A stretch of DNA of 12,968 nucleotides, taken from contig JABLTI010000075.1 of assembly GCA_013166835.1 (NCBI GenBank), positions 1 to 12,968 of the forward strand, in the 5' to 3' direction. The position numbers were made by a program, and so were the translations under genes. Below, in pieces: positions 1-8,271 of the stretch; positions within the stretch are counted from its first letter, which is position 1; each line of letters begins with the position of its first letter. A model generated the notes under the pieces. That model saw nothing but the letters and a program-made list of their open reading frames with translations. It ran no database searches and was not told the DNA's origin. Origin of the DNA: Promethearchaeati archaeon. GTDB taxonomy: Archaea; Asgardarchaeota; Heimdallarchaeia; JABLTI01.

Positions 1-123
1 ATACCTATTCATTATGTTTGGAGCGCTTGGCAAACATTCATTGCCAACTATGGTTCTTATGTTATGAGTGAATGCCAAATTATTCATCTTGAATATTGGG
101 AATCTTATGAATTTGAACAATAA
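1..123 (+). CDS. 3' end of a gene entering from the left edge (hypothetical)
   Basis: Frame 1 is open from base 1 (IPIHYVWSAWQTFIANYGSYVMSECQIIHLEYWESYEFEQ) to TAA at 121-123, then a second stop and a hairpin/T-tract. Confidence 0.55.
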   Translation: MPIHYVWSAWQTFIANYGSYVMSECQIIHLEYWESYEFEQ

Positions 124-154
124 TAGTAAAGAATAACTCAAAGATTACACACGA

Positions 155-198
155 GGCACTTGTAGAAAAATACAGTGCCAATTTTTTTTATTTTTTTA
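155..198 (+). terminator. Hairpin plus T-tract terminator
   Basis: GGCACTTGTA-gaaaaa-TACAGTGCC (one bulged T) followed by TTTTTTTTATTTTTTT, about 30 bp after the stop at 123. Confidence 0.6.
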
Positions 199-308
199 GA
201 TTAGTGCTCAAAGAGCAGTAAATGTACTAAAATAACTCAAGAATTAATCCTAACTACAGTGAAGTCTTTTATATTTTGTCGATTATTATATTATCAGAGG
301 GAGCACGT

Positions 309-605
309 ATGTCGGAAAACGAGGAAGAAATTCCAAAAGATGTTATTTCAACACGTCAATCATTACACAGTGAAATAGAAGAAATTTTGATTAAGAAACT
401 ATTCACAGTAGTTGAAAAAATTGATATGCTTCCTAGTGGGGATCTAGATTTCAAACCTTATGATGATAGACTTCTAATTCAGCTTGAAGCATTAATCGAG
501 AAGAAATTTGATCAGAAAATATTCGATCAAAGAAAAGATAGACAAATTACCTCATTCCTTAGTCAGCTTAAAAAGGAGCGCGCAATACGAGATTTTGGTC
601 TCTAA
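309..605 (+). CDS. Hypothetical protein, about 98 aa, charged and probably helical
   Basis: ORF track gives 276..605. ATG at 309 (MSENEEE...) follows the SD-like GAGGGAG and is the more likely start. No family recognised. Confidence 0.65.
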   Translation: MSENEEEIPKDVISTRQSLHSEIEEILIKKLFTVVEKIDMLPSGDLDFKPYDDRLLIQLEALIEKKFDQKIFDQRKDRQITSFLSQLKKERAIRDFGL

Positions 606-627
606 TAAAACCACTATCTTAATCAAT

Positions 628-661
628 TTCTTCTTTTTTTTAATTTAATTTATTTTTTTTT
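628..661 (+). terminator. Oligo-T (archaeal-type) terminator region
   Basis: Long T-runs directly downstream of the stop at 605, between convergent genes. Confidence 0.45.
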
Positions 662-725
662 GTTGCCTTATTCGTATCGTGCAAATAACTAATAACTCGT
701 AAATAATTTTAATACAAGATATAAT

Positions 726-1635
726 TTATTGAACTTTTTTCTTCATTATGATATTTAACGTAATTGGTAACGCAATAACAATAGTAAATGCTCCACCGAT
801 TATTATCCAGAACCAAAATGGCATGGTTTCATTTGAATTACTCGGTGTTGTACTTGGTGTTGGACATAATGGAATAGAATCATTTCCATGTTGTAAATTT
901 GCATAGAAATCAATAAATGAAACATCAACTGTACTATCATTTATTGGAAAGATAGTTCCCCCTATATAGATTGAGTTTAATGGTTTTGTTAACCCACTAG
1001 ACCAGTAATGATTAAGATAGTAATCAGGTGTACTGTCCATTTCACAAAGAACTTCACCATTCTGACGTCCAATTCTAAGAATTAAATGACTTGATGTAAA
1101 TACTGTTCCCTCAGTTGTATTGTATTCTTCATAACCATCAAAAGGATGTCCAATGATTTTGCAATCAGGGCCTTCGACATTGGATATATCAAAGAGAATA
1201 CTCTGTGTGATTCGATGTTCCTATATTGTCAGCAATGCTACCATTTTCTGAGCAATAACTCTCAAGTCTCACAAAGAATTCAGCTAAAGTGATTCCTGTA
1301 TAACTATAATCTATTGTTAATTCCATGTAAAAATCAGAATTAGCTTGTTCTACCAACTGATAATGATACAAATCAGTAGCATATAAACTGGATGATCCCC
1401 CTGAATAACTAAAATCTATTGATGAATTTGATTTCGTACTAATCAATTCAGGATCATCTTCTATTTGATTAAAATGATAAAAATTCGAGATCTCTGAATA
1501 ATAGATGTCCTCGGGTTCAATTTCGCTCAAATTGTTTTCAATACTTCTGACTGGACTAGTATTTATGCGAGTTGAGTAAATTGCTACTAAGATTGAAAGA
1601 ATTATGAATAATCCAAGATTTTTAGTTAATTTCAA
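726..1635 (-). pseudogene. Frameshifted secreted/surface protein (about 300 aa if fused), with N-terminal signal peptide and C-terminal TM anchor
   Basis: ORF 1189..1650 has a signal peptide (likely TTG start at 1635 after GGAGGG) but no anchor. The frame of ORF 726..1040 stays open up to 1220 and overlaps it at about 1192-1220. That frame ends in a PTPSTTPS linker, a hydrophobic helix and KKK. Confidence 0.7.
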
Positions 1636-1873
1636 GTTTCTACCCTCCAATTAACTTGAACTAGATGTTATTTATAGAGCTTACATTAATTAATTATTTC
1701 CTATTTGATATGAATTATAAGAAATCAATCTCTCATAACATCAAAGTATTTCTTTAGATAATAATCATTTTTTCTGCGAAAAATTGATGAATCTTTTTAA
1801 ATTATGTAATTATACTATTGTTATTTGTATTCAAAATAATAATTTACTTTCTTATTATAGGCTAGGGTGAAGG

Positions 1874-3853
1874 ATGTCATATAAAGTAGGAATTGGAATG
1901 TATGATTGCACTGGTCCAGCTGCAGAACAAACTATGATAGGTTATTCAGCCTCTGAACAAAGAACCTCGGGAATTGCTGATAGGCAATGGGTTCGAGCTT
2001 TTATTATTAAGGATAAAAATAGTAACTATCTATGTATAGCAGTTGCCGATATAGGTATGGTTTTTCAATCAATCAAAAATGAAGTATTAAAGCGTTTACC
2101 AATGAAAATAATGAGTGTTTTAAAAACTGATAATATAATGCTAAGTGCAACACATACTCATTCTGGACCCGCGGGTTATTCATATTATCCTATTTTTAAT
2201 ATATCTAGCAAAGGTTTCTGTAAACAAACTTTCGATGCTATTGTTAATGGTTATGTTCAAGCAATTATTAGAGCCTGGAATAATATGAAACCAGCTAGTA
2301 TTTTTATCAATATAGGTGAGCTTTTGGATTGTGGAGGACAAAGGTCTCGAGAAGCTTGGGAAAGCAATCCACAAGAAGAAAGAGACAAATATGGTGATAC
2401 TGATAAATCAATAACATTATTGAAGATCATAGATGCTTCAGGGAAAGTATTTGGTATTATTGTTTTCTATGCATTACATTCAACTTCCATTGGATTAAAA
2501 AATCGATTAATATCTTCAGATAATAGAGGATACGCATCTAGATTTTTGGAACGAATGTTTGAAAACGATCCTTATAATAACAATCCAAATTTTATAGCTG
2601 CTTTTCCAAATGCTAATGGTGCTGATGTAAGTCCAAATGTTGGGCAAGGTCATCCTCCTGGTGGTGAAGAAGATTATAGAAGAATGAAAGTAATTGGTGA
2701 TAAATTAATTCAAAAAACACTACAAATGATGAATTCCGAAGCAGAAGAAATTTTAGGTGATATTAAATATGGTCAGATGAATGTTGATTTAGCGAATATA
2801 CAAATTAATGGTACTAACAGAAAAACGTGTGATGGAGCACTTGGAGCAAGCTTTACAGGTGCATCAAGTGAGGATAATTCATCTCCCGTACCATTATTTG
2901 TGGAAGGGTTGACTAAATCTGAATTCCTAAAAGGTGAGGTAGCTCGTAAATATTCATTTCGAAACAAAGTCCTAACATTCCTTTTTGATTTAATATGGCA
3001 CGATATGGATGATCCCGAGTGGGTAGAAGCTCAGGGTGAAAAACCCATTTTTATACCAGTTGGCAGAGCTAAGTTTCGAGGTACGCCCCTTTTTCCTCAT
3101 ATTTTTCCATTTCAGATTTTCAAATTAGGTTCTGTTAGCATTATCGGTTTTCCTGGTGAGATGACATCGATGGCAGGAATACGGTTAAAAAATAAAATAC
3201 TCAATGCATTCAAAAGAACAGAAGTAAAATATAGTATACTTAATTGTTATGCAAATTCATTCGCACATTATACAACTACAAAAGAAGAATATAATCAGCA
3301 ACATTATGAAGGTGCAAGTACCCTGTTTGGTCCAAATCAATTAGAAGCCATACAGCAAGAATATCAAAAATTAGCTGAAATGATAAGAGATAACGAAACT
3401 ATTCCTCTAGGTGCACCATTTCCGAGATTTTTAACCAGATTGAAACGATTCCATACTCGAGTAAAATTTGATGATGATCCAATGGGGAAAGATTATGGGG
3501 ATGTCTTAATTCAACCAAACTCAACATATAATTGCGAGGAAAAAGTGTTAGTGGAATTTATTGGGGCTAATCCTAGAAATAATCTTAGAACAATGGACAC
3601 ATATCTTGAAATTCAAAGAAAAACAAATAGTGATTGGGAAACGGTTTACAGAGATTTAGATTTTGAAACACAATTTCATTGGAAAAGAAAAGGGATTGCC
3701 CATTCGATTATAACTATTGTTTGGCATATTCCAAAAAATGAGAAACCTGGTGAATATAGAATTATACATGAAGGGGATTCAAAATCAAGGTGGACAAAGA
3801 AAATCACTCCTTACATAGGGATATCTAATACTTTTGAAGTATTAAAAAATTAA
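1874..3853 (+). CDS. Neutral/alkaline non-lysosomal ceramidase family protein
   Basis: 659 aa with family motifs SATHTHSGP, HSTS, SSDNRGYAS, ADVSPN, PGEMT and EEYNQQHYEGASTLFGP, plus a C-terminal Ig-like domain (GANPRNNL...PGEYRIIH). SD-like GGGTGA before the ATG. Confidence 0.93.
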   Translation: MSYKVGIGMYDCTGPAAEQTMIGYSASEQRTSGIADRQWVRAFIIKDKNSNYLCIAVADIGMVFQSIKNEVLKRLPMKIMSVLKTDNIMLSATHTHSGPAGYSYYPIFNISSKGFCKQTFDAIVNGYVQAIIRAWNNMKPASIFINIGELLDCGGQRSREAWESNPQEERDKYGDTDKSITLLKIIDASGKVFGIIVFYALHSTSIGLKNRLISSDNRGYASRFLERMFENDPYNNNPNFIAAFPNANGADVSPNVGQGHPPGGEEDYRRMKVIGDKLIQKTLQMMNSEAEEILGDIKYGQMNVDLANIQINGTNRKTCDGALGASFTGASSEDNSSPVPLFVEGLTKSEFLKGEVARKYSFRNKVLTFLFDLIWHDMDDPEWVEAQGEKPIFIPVGRAKFRGTPLFPHIFPFQIFKLGSVSIIGFPGEMTSMAGIRLKNKILNAFKRTEVKYSILNCYANSFAHYTTTKEEYNQQHYEGASTLFGPNQLEAIQQEYQKLAEMIRDNETIPLGAPFPRFLTRLKRFHTRVKFDDDPMGKDYGDVLIQPNSTYNCEEKVLVEFIGANPRNNLRTMDTYLEIQRKTNSDWETVYRDLDFETQFHWKRKGIAHSIITIVWHIPKNEKPGEYRIIHEGDSKSRWTKKITPYIGISNTFEVLKN

Positions 3854-3876
3854 GCTGATATACATAAAGAAATAAT

Positions 3877-3900
3877 TAGTGTGCCCGTGCGAATTCGAAC
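3877..3900 (-). repeat. tRNA 3'-end fragment, copy 1 (degenerate)
   Basis: + strand TAGTGTGCCCGTGCGAATTCGAAC; 19/24 identical to copy 3, with the same AAATAAT left flank. Confidence 0.75.
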
Positions 3901-3964
3901 CAACTATACTCAAAAAGTACTAACTATAATTTAAAAAAATAATCTTCTCTTGAAGAAAGAGAAA

Positions 3965-4111
3965 TCATCTTCTATTAATTTCTAATAATGGTTTCCCACA
4001 AATACTGCACTTATTATGACATTGACAATACACTCTTTGTGGATGATTCTGACAATATCTCACAGGTGGACAATATTTGAATAAATCTTTGACTATGCTT
4101 TTAATCATCAT
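3965..4111 (-). CDS. 48-aa Cys/His-rich putative zinc-binding microprotein (not in the ORF track)
   Basis: Manual translation MMIKSIVKDLFKYCPPVRYCQNHPQRVYCQCHNKCSICGKPLLEINRR*. It has CxxHP and CxxCGKPL knuckles, an SD-like GTGA just upstream and a TATA-like TTAAATAA on the minus strand near 4181-4188. Confidence 0.7.
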   Translation of the reverse strand: MMIKSIVKDLFKYCPPVRYCQNHPQRVYCQCHNKCSICGKPLLEINRR

Positions 4112-4245
4112 ATATCACATGTACGATATATAGCAAAAGAGATATATATGTCTTTTTGTTGCACTTATCTTTGATCAGAATTATTTAAGCTAATTTCAAG
4201 ATTTTATTCTCTAAGAAAATGAAATTTATTTTTTTAAAAAATGAT

Positions 4246-4269
4246 TGGTGGACCCGCGCGGATTCAAAC
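4246..4269 (-). repeat. tRNA 3'-end fragment, copy 2 (Ala-like)
   Basis: Minus strand G-TTTGAAT-CCGCG-CGGGTCC-A-CCA; 23/24 identical to copy 3. Confidence 0.9.
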
Positions 4270-4371
4270 TATGTCCTATTCAATTAACAGATGTATCATT
4301 ATTGATAACTCTACAGCAAATTAATATAGAAATACATTAATTGGAAGTAAAAAGAATAGAATGGTGAAGAA

Positions 4372-5256
4372 ATGAGTGAAAAAACTAAGAAGAAACTTGG
4401 TCTTATAGCTGATTCTTCATGTGATATTCCTATTACAACTATTGAAAAATATGATATAACTATAATATCTGTTAATGTTATTTTTGACAATGAGATAAGA
4501 ATACCATATGTTGATCTTACAACAGAACAAATCTTTGAAAAAATTGTAACGGAAAATGCAGTACCTACTACCGGTCTTCCACCACCTAAGAGATTCAAAG
4601 AAGCATTTAGCAAAGTGCTCGAAAAATACGAGGAAGTAATTTTTCTTACAGCTTCAAAAGACCTAAGTGGATTATGGGAAAATGCAGTAAAATATGCAAA
4701 AGAGATTGCAAATGATAAAATAACTGTTGTAGATACAAGAAATTCAATTCATCCATTTGGATTAATTGTATTGAAAACAGCAAGAATGATAGAAAATGGT
4801 CTAAGTAAAGAAGAGATCCTGAATAAGGTATCTAATGATCTAATACCTAAAGCTCGATTTGAAGCTTTTCTTGGTACATTGGAATTTTTGAAAAGATCCG
4901 GAAGAATACCTAATTTACAACATTTTATGGGCGAATTATTCCAATTCAAACCATGTTTGACAATAGAAGATGGTTTGGTTGCATCCCATGGAAAAGTCCG
5001 TGGTGAGAAAGCAAAAATGAAATATCTAAAAAATCTAGGAGAAAAAATTGTTAATTTTCTACCAGAAAATGAAACATTTGCAGTCATGCATTCAACTAAT
5101 ATGGAAAAAGCAATAGAACTAAAGGATTATCTTCATAAAGTATCAAACAAGGATTTAGAAATAGTAATTTGGGAAACAGGTCCAGCATCAAGTGTTCACC
5201 TAGGACCGGGATTACTTGGATTAGCATGGATTGGTCCAGCAGCTGAAGATTTATAG
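4372..5256 (+). CDS. degV: DegV family (FakB-like) fatty-acid-binding protein
   Basis: 294 aa with DegV signatures IADSSCDIP, PTTGLP, SKDLSG, VVDTR, LEFLKRSGRI, KPCLTIEDG, KVRG and HLGPG. Confidence 0.92.
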   Translation: MSEKTKKKLGLIADSSCDIPITTIEKYDITIISVNVIFDNEIRIPYVDLTTEQIFEKIVTENAVPTTGLPPPKRFKEAFSKVLEKYEEVIFLTASKDLSGLWENAVKYAKEIANDKITVVDTRNSIHPFGLIVLKTARMIENGLSKEEILNKVSNDLIPKARFEAFLGTLEFLKRSGRIPNLQHFMGELFQFKPCLTIEDGLVASHGKVRGEKAKMKYLKNLGEKIVNFLPENETFAVMHSTNMEKAIELKDYLHKVSNKDLEIVIWETGPASSVHLGPGLLGLAWIGPAAEDL

Positions 5257-5372
5257 AAAAAAAATCTATTTGCATATCGCATCCTTTCGTTCACCAAAAC
5301 TTGAATCAATAGCTACCAATAACTTAAGTTTAAGCATAATGATTATTAACTAATATTCTGCTTCACTAAGAC

Positions 5373-6248
5373 ATGACTCTAACTGAAGAAGAAGCTTACA
5401 AGATGTTCCTGAAAGCTGAATATGAAGAACATGCAGAAGAACGCTATTTTACTGTGTCCGATGGTTCGCAAATTAGAGTTTTGTTATCAAAAGCTCCTAA
5501 AGAAGAACACAATGAACTCACATTTGTATTAATTGCAGGTTGGAATACTGTTGTCTCTGGATGGGACGAAGTTCTACTTGAAGCAATGAAAGACTTCGAT
5601 GTAGTGTATATTGAAACAAGGGAAAAAGGTTCAAGTATTGTAGTTAAAAATGCTAAGTTTGATATGGATCGTTTTTCATCTGATATTCAAGAGGTAATTG
5701 AAGAATTACAAATTAATCAGAAGAAAATGGTACTCTTTTCTTCTTCATTGGGAACAATAGTTACAGCCCATTTACTTGGCAGTAAAAAACTCGAACCTTT
5801 TCTTACTTACTTTATAGGTCCAGTTCATAGATTTGAAACACCCAGGGGATCAAGATTCTATATGTATCTAGTACCCAACTGTTTTCTTACAATAACAAGA
5901 CCAATATGGAAATTGTGGATTCGAAAAAGAAAAAGTGAAGATCCCGAACAAGCTGCGAAATACATCCGTGCTCTAGAAGAAGCAGAAGTTAAGAAGTGGA
6001 GAGCTACTGCATATGCTAACGCATGGGTTGATTTTCTTGATATGTATGAAAAAATAAAGGTTAGGAATTATATTGTTGGTATGGAAAAGGACAAAATGCA
6101 TGAGAGAGAGATATCAATGAGAATTCATGAAGGAATGGAAAATTCAACTTACATTGATCTTGAAACCAACAAAAAAACACATTCAGCAGAAATGATCAAA
6201 GTTGTTAGGCAACATTTATCAGACATTAAAAAAGAGAAGCAGAAATAA
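5373..6248 (+). CDS. Alpha/beta-fold hydrolase (putative esterase/lipase)
   Basis: 291 aa. FVLIAGW oxyanion region, nucleophile elbow FSSSLG, candidate acid in EKDKMH and candidate His in KKTHS. Confidence 0.75.
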   Translation: MTLTEEEAYKMFLKAEYEEHAEERYFTVSDGSQIRVLLSKAPKEEHNELTFVLIAGWNTVVSGWDEVLLEAMKDFDVVYIETREKGSSIVVKNAKFDMDRFSSDIQEVIEELQINQKKMVLFSSSLGTIVTAHLLGSKKLEPFLTYFIGPVHRFETPRGSRFYMYLVPNCFLTITRPIWKLWIRKRKSEDPEQAAKYIRALEEAEVKKWRATAYANAWVDFLDMYEKIKVRNYIVGMEKDKMHEREISMRIHEGMENSTYIDLETNKKTHSAEMIKVVRQHLSDIKKEKQK

Positions 6249-6399
6249 AGTAGAAGCTGTTGAGTTAAGAGAATTTAACAATAATTTTGTCATCCATTAA
6301 TAATTGGGATTTATTTTTCCAAATTTGTTTTTAAGTCATACCTAGATGTTGAATAGTGATTATTAATCACAAACTTTTATTGTATAAAGACATTAGTAA

Positions 6400-6429
6400 T
6401 TGTAATATTACAACTATATTACAACTATA
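6400..6429. promoter_or_regulatory. 14-bp palindrome overlapping an 11-bp tandem duplication upstream of the plsY-like gene
   Basis: TTGTAATATTACAA (6400-6413) is a perfect palindrome. ATATTACAACT occurs twice (6405-6426), just before the SD AGGAG. Confidence 0.45.
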
Positions 6430-6442
6430 ATAGGAGATTTAG

Positions 6443-7111
6443 ATGTACCAATATTTTATTGCCCCAATTATAGGATTCCTCTTTGGTTCTATACCATTCT
6501 CATGGTTAATAGTCAAAATTGTTACTGGAAAAGATGTTCGTGAAGAAGGTTCTGGATCTGTTAGCACACGAAACACGATTCGAACAGCTGGATATTTCTG
6601 GGCTATCCTTACTGGTTCACTTGATATTACTAAAGGATTTCTTGCTGTATTTATCACAAGATTCTATTTAGCACCAACTGTAGCAATGGGTTCAGATGAT
6701 TTGTCCATATTATGTGCTGCTCTAGCAGGTATTGGAGCATTTACAGGTCATTTATGGATGCCTTGGATGAAATTTAAAGGAGGTAAGGGATTTGCTGTAT
6801 TATTAGGATCAATGATAGTTATTAATCCCTATGGGAACCTTGTTTGGGTGATATCTATTCTATTGTTTCTTGTTATTATCCGATATAGTTATCTAGCTGG
6901 TTTGGCTGCAACTATATCAGTTGCTATACTTGGTACATTCTTTTATATCTTCACAGTACCAAACATCTATTGGAGCTCATGGGCAGTAATAGTTCATGGG
7001 TGGGGAATTGTAATTATACTAGTTCTACGTTTAATTCCTGATTTTAAAGCTATGAGAAGAGGAGATATTAAACGCTGGAGTGGTGTGAAAGTTTCCCAAT
7101 GGACGAAATAA
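6443..7111 (+). CDS. plsY: PlsY family glycerol-3-phosphate acyltransferase-like membrane protein (divergent active-site motifs)
   Basis: 222 aa, multi-TM. Motifs GFLFGSIPFS, GKDVREEGSGS, LDITKG and GH...FKGGKGFA. Confidence 0.85.
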   Translation: MYQYFIAPIIGFLFGSIPFSWLIVKIVTGKDVREEGSGSVSTRNTIRTAGYFWAILTGSLDITKGFLAVFITRFYLAPTVAMGSDDLSILCAALAGIGAFTGHLWMPWMKFKGGKGFAVLLGSMIVINPYGNLVWVISILLFLVIIRYSYLAGLAATISVAILGTFFYIFTVPNIYWSSWAVIVHGWGIVIILVLRLIPDFKAMRRGDIKRWSGVKVSQWTK

Positions 7112-7119
7112 AAAATAAT

Positions 7120-7143
7120 TGGTGGACCCGCGCGGATTCGAAC
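7120..7143 (-). repeat. tRNA 3'-end fragment, copy 3 (Ala-like, intact)
   Basis: Minus strand G-TTCGAAT-CCGCG-CGGGTCC-A-CCA, starting 9 bp after the plsY stop. The 5' part of a tRNA is absent. Confidence 0.92.
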
Positions 7144-7224
7144 CATAGATTTTGTTTTCTCACACCAATATTAGGTTATCTTAACAAATTTAACTAGTGC
7201 CCCGAAAAAACTGGTATAAAAAAT

Positions 7225-8271
7225 CTATAAGAATATCTCTAATTTATCAAAAATTGTTGTATAATAGATTTCAATTATATTAGAGAATCTTTTATAAGAA
7301 TTAATATTTAGAGTAAAGAAATCAAGGTAATTCTTCTTTATCTTAGCATCAACATTCAAAGATTGAACTCTTCTTATGAAATTATCATTCAAAATCATAA
7401 TTATTCCTTCAATAGTTCTGATTGATGCTTTAGTTCTAATAATTACATAATCGATTAGCGAATATTTTGTTTTATAATATTTTTTCCGATCTTTTGATTT
7501 TTTTACAATTTCAACTGCATCAAATTTCACTAATTTTGTTAATGCTTCAGAAACAGTACTTCTACCATACTTGGTAAATTCGATTAGATAATCTTGAGTG
7601 ATTGGATTTGGCTCAATAACTAGTGCATGTGAAATTGCCGTTAACTCTCTGTTTCTGCCATATGCTGTTTGAGTTTCCATTGCATATTTTACAAAATCCT
7701 GTTTGATCTTTATTAGAGTATCAGCTTCAACAGGTTGTAAGTTCTTTGTGGTTTCTTTTACAAGATTCTCAAGATCCAAATTAGATCCTTTAAGTTCATT
7801 AGTAAGAGTTAACTTGAAATTGGGATTTTCTTGAAACTTTTCCCAAATAGTGTTAATGTCATCAGCTAACTCATTATAATAATAAGTGACTAGCAAATTT
7901 ATTCGAAGATATTTTTCCAAATGTCTTTTTTCAATTGAATCTTCTTTTATTGATTCCAGTCGGAATAGAAAAACAGGAATTGCTTTCAAATTAGAAATTG
8001 TCAATTGTATTGATTGCAATAGATAATATTTGATGTATTGATCAAAAGAAAAAGGACAGTAGTAGTAATTCTTCTTGGAATCTGGTTTTCTTGTTTGTAA
8101 GATAGGAAGACTAGTATTATCAATTAATATCTTCAACGTCTCAGATACAGCAGTTCGACTTAAACCTGTGAGTTCTATTATTTGATCTTGAGTCAAATAA
8201 TCTTGTTCCAAAAGAAGAGAATGCAAAACACAGACTGAATTTTCTTCATTCCATTTTAGGGATTGTTTCAT
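7225..8271 (-). CDS. Transcriptional regulator with two tandem GbsR/MarR-like winged-helix domains (start may be upstream at 8331)
   Basis: Internal duplication: LTQDQIIELTGLSRTAVSETLKIL...KPDSKKNYY versus ITQDYLIEFTKYGRSTVSEALTKL...KSKDRKKYY. Divergent from an ABC exporter operon. Confidence 0.82.
   Translation of the reverse strand: MKQSLKWNEENSVCVLHSLLLEQDYLTQDQIIELTGLSRTAVSETLKILIDNTSLPILQTRKPDSKKNYYYCPFSFDQYIKYYLLQSIQLTISNLKAIPVFLFRLESIKEDSIEKRHLEKYLRINLLVTYYYNELADDINTIWEKFQENPNFKLTLTNELKGSNLDLENLVKETTKNLQPVEADTLIKIKQDFVKYAMETQTAYGRNRELTAISHALVIEPNPITQDYLIEFTKYGRSTVSEALTKLVKFDAVEIVKKSKDRKKYYKTKYSLIDYVIIRTKASIRTIEGIIMILNDNFIRRVQSLNVDAKIKKNYLDFFTLNINSYKRFSNIIEIYYTTIFDKLEIFL

Noticed and set aside
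132-246. AATAACTCAA repeated at 132 and 231
   Set aside because: Two 10-bp AT-rich copies with no further structure; plausibly chance.
4024-4075. GACAATA three times as a DNA-level repeat
   Set aside because: Explained by the three Tyr-Cys codon pairs of the minus-strand microprotein.
4270-4295. Weak ATTAACA/ACTAAC-like motif 14-21 bp right of several repeats (possible recombinase arm site)
   Set aside because: Variable offset and low complexity; five examples cannot separate it from background.
6299-6308. AATAATTGGG resembling the repeat's left flank
   Set aside because: The GC-rich core does not follow; likely chance in AT-rich DNA.
7195-7204. TAGTGCCCCG as a seventh degenerate repeat
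   Set aside because: Only about 10 bp, needs a gap, and lacks the GATTCGAAC part. It could be a remnant but cannot be supported.
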